Positions 60,918-64,000 of a stretch of DNA of 64,000 nt are shown here, piece after piece (position 1 is the first letter of the stretch; each line of letters begins with the position of its first letter). Under the pieces are notes generated by a model that was not told where the DNA came from, did no database searches, and saw only the letters and a program-made list of their open reading frames with translations. The translations under genes and the position numbers were made by a program. Source of the stretch: Candidatus Bathyarchaeota archaeon (GTDB lineage Archaea; Thermoproteota; Bathyarchaeia; Bathyarchaeales; Bathycorpusculaceae); the NCBI GenBank assembly GCA_963826715.1, contig CAWGYA010000007.1:32001-96000 (forward strand), written 5' to 3'.

Positions 60918-61520
60918 TTAGGCTATCCAAGCTTGAAAGTGAATTTCGCTATTTTCCCACGCCCAACTGCAACGCGCCCATGTTCCTTGAGTAGTTGATC
61001 CAGATGCTTGAATGACATCTTGTGGTTTCTGCCATCCGTTCTGAGTTCTTGCCCATCTTATGTAAGCATGGTTATGCTGAGAAGAAGGTAGATCCATACT
61101 TCCAGTATAGTATATCTCTGCAAGAATATCAAAACGACCTATTTTTGTTGCATCAGTAGGGCTAGTATGGCCGAGATTGTGCCAAACACCCGCGTAATCC
61201 TTCACCCAGCCGTCAACAGCGGAATTCGGGGTAACAAACTGTCTGCCTTCTTGGATGTCTGCAGCGTAAGTAGCTACTACAGAATATTCAGGTCTTGAGC
61301 CGTAGTAATAAGACATAACAGTGTATTGAGAACCTGAAGTACCGGCGTCACATGTTAAAGCGCCTAGCATTGTTAAATCAGGTTTTGCAAAGTGGGATGG
61401 GACTCTAAACATGTCTACTCCTGAGCGTGGTAGATCAACAATGTCGTATGTGTAAGCTAATTCTAGCAATGTGACTCCTGATTTCGGAACCCATCCTTGT
61501 CCCGCTTGATCGTAACTCAT
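60918..61520 (-). CDS. beta-rich protein, possibly concanavalin/glutamic-peptidase fold
   Basis: Trp/Tyr-rich, ILAEIY motif, resembles the neighbouring 322-aa mature domain in composition. Confidence 0.5.
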   Translation of the reverse strand: MSYDQAGQGWVPKSGVTLLELAYTYDIVDLPRSGVDMFRVPSHFAKPDLTMLGALTCDAGTSGSQYTVMSYYYGSRPEYSVVATYAADIQEGRQFVTPNSAVDGWVKDYAGVWHNLGHTSPTDATKIGRFDILAEIYYTGSMDLPSSQHNHAYIRWARTQNGWQKPQDVIQASGSTTQGTWARCSWAWENSEIHFQAWIA

Positions 61521-61532
61521 GTTATTTGTCTC

Positions 61533-61670
61533 CTATGGAGCGGGTATAAAACCCGCCTTATCCTTGTTCTGTGAGTTGTAATCGTCTCTAGCTTTGGCTA
61601 TTACTTCGAACCATTTGTCGCGCTCAGCGTTTTCATCAGGCAAATTTTCAGGTAGCTTATTTTTTTCCAT
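61533..61670 (-). CDS. small protein (45 aa, not in ORF track)
   Basis: MEKNKLPENLPDENAERDKWFEVIAKARDDYNSQNKDKAGFIPAP; first ORF after operator/TATA. Confidence 0.5.
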   Translation of the reverse strand: MEKNKLPENLPDENAERDKWFEVIAKARDDYNSQNKDKAGFIPAP

Positions 61671-61709
61671 TTTAGCTTCCTATGCATAAAGCTGGTAAAA
61701 CAATTATTT

Positions 61710-61749
61710 AATTCTACGTTTTAGTACATTGTGTACTAAACGCGATACA
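61710..61749 (-). promoter_or_regulatory. tandem TGTACTA/TAGTACA operator abutting TATA
   Basis: Minus strand TAGTACA-CAA-TGTACTA-AAACG-TAGAATT-AAATAA. Confidence 0.65.
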
Positions 61750-61821
61750 GATTGTTGGCCTGAACTCTTATCAAGAAGAAGAAAATGCTGAAAAAAAGAA
61801 AAAGTAGCTAGTTGTGGGTTT

Positions 61822-62790
61822 CTAATTTTGTACCCATGTGTCCCAATAGTAGCTGTAGGTGCTCATGTAATGGCTTTCGTGTACTGGAGATGTGGTGCTC
61901 CAACTTGTACCGACTGAATTTGTCCAGTAGGACCAGCCTCCTGCGTTGTGTAGCCAGTTGCGGTAGAATGTCGAATGTGAGGCGTCATTGGTGAATTGTC
62001 CGTTGCTGTACACTTCATTTTGGAAGCCTGCTTGAACCCAGAGACTAGATAGGTGTCCGCTTCTGACCCAATTGTAGTTTATCCACACATCGTATTTCCA
62101 ACCGCTACCATCCTGCGTCCCGTCTAACATCATAATATAGGTGTCTGTTGCAGTTGAAGGAGTGTTCTTGTTCATGTAATACGTCATTCCACCTCCGCTT
62201 TCGTCGGAATCATAGGTGTACCATTTGTAGACTTCGCCTATATTATGAGTAACCACTACTTCAGCCCAGTTTGTGATCCCATTCAAATCACCCAATTGAA
62301 CGCAAAGGTAATGATTCTGAGTTTGCCCTGACGCCACATTCATAGAACCGCAAACTAATTCAGTGCTAACTCCTGTCCATGAATATCCGTTTGTTCTCAT
62401 GCTTGAAACTTTGCTATTCAAAGAAGTCACTCCATTGCCCTGTTGGGGAGTAACTGCATTTTCAGTCGAAGGTACTGGTATACTGATTGGCATTTTAGCC
62501 TGCTCTTCAGAAGTCAAAGCTCTTCCAATCCAAGTCGCGCCCGTCTTTGGATACCAACCCATGCCCAGCTTTTCAAGCTCAACAGTTATTTGGTCATCGC
62601 TTAGTCCTTGTTCCCTAAATTCTTGAATCTTTAAAGTTACAAGGTCAACAAAGTCTTTCGGAGGCTGCCAAGAACCAATGCCAGAAGTCTGATCATCTGT
62701 CTGCGCTGCCACTGTAAACATCATTGAAGAAAGCATCGAAACAACAAAAAAAATAGCGATTAAACAAAAAGCTCTTTTATTCTTAATCAT
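61822..62790 (-). CDS. secreted pre-pro-protein, neprosin-like glutamic peptidase candidate
   Basis: Signal peptide, charged pro-region, beta-rich mature domain with NWAEV and FQNEVY Glu motifs. Confidence 0.55.
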   Translation of the reverse strand: MIKNKRAFCLIAIFFVVSMLSSMMFTVAAQTDDQTSGIGSWQPPKDFVDLVTLKIQEFREQGLSDDQITVELEKLGMGWYPKTGATWIGRALTSEEQAKMPISIPVPSTENAVTPQQGNGVTSLNSKVSSMRTNGYSWTGVSTELVCGSMNVASGQTQNHYLCVQLGDLNGITNWAEVVVTHNIGEVYKWYTYDSDESGGGMTYYMNKNTPSTATDTYIMMLDGTQDGSGWKYDVWINYNWVRSGHLSSLWVQAGFQNEVYSNGQFTNDASHSTFYRNWLHNAGGWSYWTNSVGTSWSTTSPVHESHYMSTYSYYWDTWVQN

Positions 62791-62832
62791 TTCATCATCT
62801 CTCCAACGCTAAAATGCAAAGATAACCTATTA

Positions 62833-62873
62833 ATTACTACACAATAGGACAGCCTGTACTACAGCATAGGACA
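62833..62873 (-). promoter_or_regulatory. tandem operator abutting TATA
   Basis: Minus strand TGTCCTA-TGCTG-TAGTACA-GGC-TGTCCTA-TTGTG-TAGTAAT-TAATAG. Confidence 0.7.
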
Positions 62874-62936
62874 GATTGCTTAAAAGTCAAAGAATGAAAA
62901 ACTAGTTTGGAATAGGCCATTTGTATGGGTTTATTT

Positions 62937-63363
62937 TTATAGGCTACCTTTACGCCATATTTTAACGGTCTCATAACAAAAGATCAAAAGAAAAACAACA
63001 GTAAGAATTACAGAAAAGAAATATTCTTGATAGAGAACGTTTGGTTGAAGAAAAGTAAGCTCAAATACAAGAGCAAAAACAGACAACAATGTGTAAAAGA
63101 AGTATCGGGGAATTATGAAGCGGCTAATTTTTATGCAATTTTGCAACATTACCCTGTTGATTACATAGCCGCTCAAATCATGTTTTACAAGCCCTACGCT
63201 TTCCAGCCTGGAAAGATGATGCTGAGCAACCGAGGGACTGCTGAGCCTTAGTACTCGCTGTATTTCTCTTATTCCAAGTGGTTTACGGGTTTTTAGCAAC
63301 ATGCGGTAAATATCAAGAGCGGTGCCTTTGAGGATATCAGTAGATTCTTTTTCGGTTAACCAT
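62937..63363 (-). CDS. membrane-bound wHTH regulator (N-terminal wHTH + 2 TM); 1-bp indel just after ATG 63363
   Basis: LKGTALDIYRMLLK..PLGIREIQRVLRLSSPSVAQHHLSRL; two C-terminal TMs. Confidence 0.8.
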
Positions 63364-63455
63364 CTTCACCCTAATCTAAGAAATACGGTGTATTAACATT
63401 TAAGCGCTCTTATTCTCTCCACTATTCTTAGGGCTTAAGAGATAATGTGTAGAAC

Positions 63456-63490
63456 TGTACGGAAATTAGTACAAATATAATGTTAAATAA
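63456..63490 (+). promoter_or_regulatory. operator + TATA between the divergent wHTH and membrane-protein genes
   Basis: TGTACGG-AAAT-TAGTACA followed by TTAAATAA. Confidence 0.55.
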
Positions 63491-63540
63491 CACACTGTAC
63501 TTTCATAAATGACTAAAAACGCTTAGAGCTTAGAAATACA

Positions 63541-63840
63541 GTGTTTGGACAAAAAACTAAAATGGGGTTGGCAGTCATCGCCGCTTTACTATTGAGCCTT
63601 CTGCTAACTGGAATAAGTTACCTTCTTGTCCCTAGCAAGTCAAACCAAACGCCTCTCCCAATGCCAGTTCCTTCAATATTAAACCAGATATTTGTAGCAA
63701 TTCTTTGGATAGGCTTAGCCGCTGCTTTAGCAATCATTATTGTTGCAACAGTTTTTCTGATAAATCGGATAAAAAACAAAAATTTTACGCAAAAACAGAT
63801 AAGAGATTCTCCATTTTCCTCAGCGTACATCAATTACTAA
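63541..63840 (+). CDS. small two-TM membrane protein
   Basis: Two hydrophobic helices, basic tail. Confidence 0.6.
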   Translation: MFGQKTKMGLAVIAALLLSLLLTGISYLLVPSKSNQTPLPMPVPSILNQIFVAILWIGLAAALAIIIVATVFLINRIKNKNFTQKQIRDSPFSSAYINY

Positions 63841-63877
63841 ACTATCATGTTTTTTGCTGTCTTAAAAATAAAGGGGG

Positions 63878-63923
63878 TGTACTAAATTCAGTACACTTTG
63901 TCCTAGAGCATGGTATTAACTAT
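63878..63923 (+). promoter_or_regulatory. tandem operator abutting TATA, upstream of ATG 63976
   Basis: TGTACTA-AATT-CAGTACA-CTT-TGTCCTA-GAGCA-TGGTATT-AACTAT. Confidence 0.7.
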
Positions 63924-64000
63924 CTCTTGATTAGTAAGACATAGCTTGCAAGGTTATAACTTGCAAGAGATAAAAATGAAAAAAACACGTTTTGGTATTA

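Noticed and set aside
61520-61670. Amber (Pyl) read-through joining the 45-aa ORF to the next gene; same pattern at 33797-33812
   Set aside because: Both in-frame TAGs are part of TAGGAG, which doubles as the SD for the next start. In-frame by chance is 1 in 3, and there are no pyl genes in the window.
1-64000. CRISPR array, DGR/retron reverse transcriptase, IS transposase, rRNA or full tRNA
   Set aside because: No regularly spaced repeats, RT or DDE motifs, or complete cloverleaf seen by eye

Overview
Archaeal chromosome segment, most likely Bathyarchaeia (inferred from lineage-typical secreted PQQ-like beta-propeller and beta-helix proteins, the integrase type, and archaeal TATA/SD signals). 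Bases 1-31.5 kb are AT-rich host or accessory DNA. They carry hydrolases, a B12 radical SAM enzyme, a CBS+HPF hibernation factor, a prs-rpe/tktN-tktC-tal pentose-phosphate cluster, a membrane-anchored wHTH regulator with three identically spaced palindromic operators, and decayed stress genes ending in an internally deleted tyrosine integrase. A 23-bp tRNA 3'-end fragment (32327-32349) marks the left edge of a GC-richer head-tail provirus (~32.3-59.3 kb). It contains early genes, a ParB/ABC-ATPase/GNAT module joined at an A9 slippery run, terminase, portal, protease-scaffold and HK97-type capsid genes. It also has an unusual neck protein (alpha/alpha-barrel enzyme-like domain fused to a head-closure domain), a tail tube, a G/GT chaperone with a TTTTTTA -1 frameshift, a tape measure of only 180 aa, and a hub-fibre-chaperone fusion. 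Four host-like surface-protein cassettes are inserted among the viral genes. The right end has a RelE-like toxin/wHTH pair, a candidate promoter-driven structured ncRNA, and a second membrane-wHTH regulon whose operators precede secreted neprosin-like proteins. I saw no CRISPR array, rRNA or complete tRNA. All family assignments come from motif recognition by eye, not database searches, and several homopolymer indels suggest assembly errors.
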